From positions 14,200,001 to 14,264,000 of the forward strand of contig NW_024704743.1 in NCBI RefSeq assembly GCF_018977255.1: a DNA stretch of 64,000 bases. The letters run 5' to 3'. Under the pieces are notes generated by a model. The model was not told where the DNA came from. It searched no databases and was given only the letters and a program-made list of their open reading frames with translations. This DNA comes from Callorhinchus milii (taxonomy: Eukaryota). The translations under genes were made by a program, and so were the position numbers. Positions 62,996 to 64,000 of the stretch are shown in pieces. The stretch's first letter is position 1. Each line of letters begins with the position of its first letter.

Positions 62996-64000
62996 TCAAA
63001 TTTACCAGGACTAAAAATTCTATATCGAAATCCGTAATTCTGTAATCATTTAGTAGTACAGTATTCGCTTTTTGAGTACACATTTGTTGCAATCCTTTCA
63101 CAAAGGTTTAAGAAGGAAGACAACTAGGAGAAATTGCTTTGTGTTCTGTGGTTCAATGTCAGCCTTTAGAGGATATGGAATTAGTAGCCATAGAAACCCA
63201 CTGCTCTGAGTGCTAATAAATACAATTTGTAAACAGAGCACCAAGGGCTCTGGCAATTCATTGATATGATTTTACATGAGATCACAGCTTCATGGATGAC
63301 CATTATAATAAAACATGTTATCAATGGCCTTTCATAAAATCCTAATTTTACTTATTTATGCCAAACTTTTGAAACCTAGAAATATGTTATGAAAAGTCAC
63401 CATAGAGAACCTGGTGCCAATACTGGCTGCAATGTATAGTGAAAACAGGATCACACAGACAATTGAGTTAGCAAACCAACAGCTTCACCAGGGAGAAGGT
63501 TAGCTGGTAAGAGCTCAGTGGTGATGTTCTTCTGCTTAACTGAATTGTGCCACAGTTATACATTGATAATAATAATAATCCTTGGCATTTCCCTAGTGCC
63601 TTAGGCACTAGAGGTTAAGACGTCTCAGCACTTCACAGGATTTTTCTGCAAAGTGTAGTGACACTTTATGTTTGTAGGCAAATGCCACAGACAATTTGCG
63701 CACAACATTGTCCCACAAACAACTTGCACTGGAACAGCCATGAAGGTCCATGTTGCCCAGCATTGTGGAAGAAATTCTGTTCTCTTTTCAAGTACTGCCA
63801 TGGGATCTTTAACATTGTAAGTTCTTTCCTGACCACCTTCTGTGACGTAATTATTTGCATCTGCTCCTGTGTCCCTTTCCAATTCTGCCTCGGCTCCCTG
63901 ATCTCTTTTAATTTTTATCTGTTTGTACTCATTCTTTCTCTTCCCTCCCCCTGAAAGCTTTGTAAGTCTTCCTCTTTCTTCACCTCCTGTTCAATTTTCC

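Noticed and set aside
1..64000. CRISPR arrays, rRNA genes or prokaryotic operons
   Set aside because: None seen; recurring motifs are dispersed SINE/LINE copies and (TAA)n or (CAA)n tails, not regularly spaced repeats.

Overview
Repeat-rich vertebrate genomic DNA. The repeat families (L2 and CR1 LINEs, Deu-type and tRNA-Ala-derived SINEs, Penelope remnants) suggest a cartilaginous fish; this is inference. One host gene is clearly supported: DCLK3 on the + strand, with four coding exons at 43705-45572, 49662-49794, 50389-50556 and 51694-51890. Its start-codon exon could not be identified. Main observations: (1) a decayed 7.9-kb minus-strand provirus at 5277-13170 with paired LTRs, a 5-bp TSD, foamy/loki-like PR-RT motifs plus a Gag CCHC knuckle, no visible RNase H/IN/env, and an unassigned 3' reading frame behind a splice acceptor; (2) a 53-nt L2 tail inserted exactly into a DCLK3 splice acceptor, duplicating it; (3) a GC-AG last intron in DCLK3; (4) a 1.16-kb piece of a DCLK3 intron copied about 16 kb upstream into an L2, with a 61-bp target duplication, and later hit by a SINE and a young L2; (5) covarying 3' stem-loops shared by L2 and SINE subfamilies; (6) a solo LTR nested in a SINE. 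All calls were made by eye, and repeat boundaries are approximate unless a TSD is quoted. No wholly new biological system could be demonstrated from sequence alone; the provirus is the best candidate.
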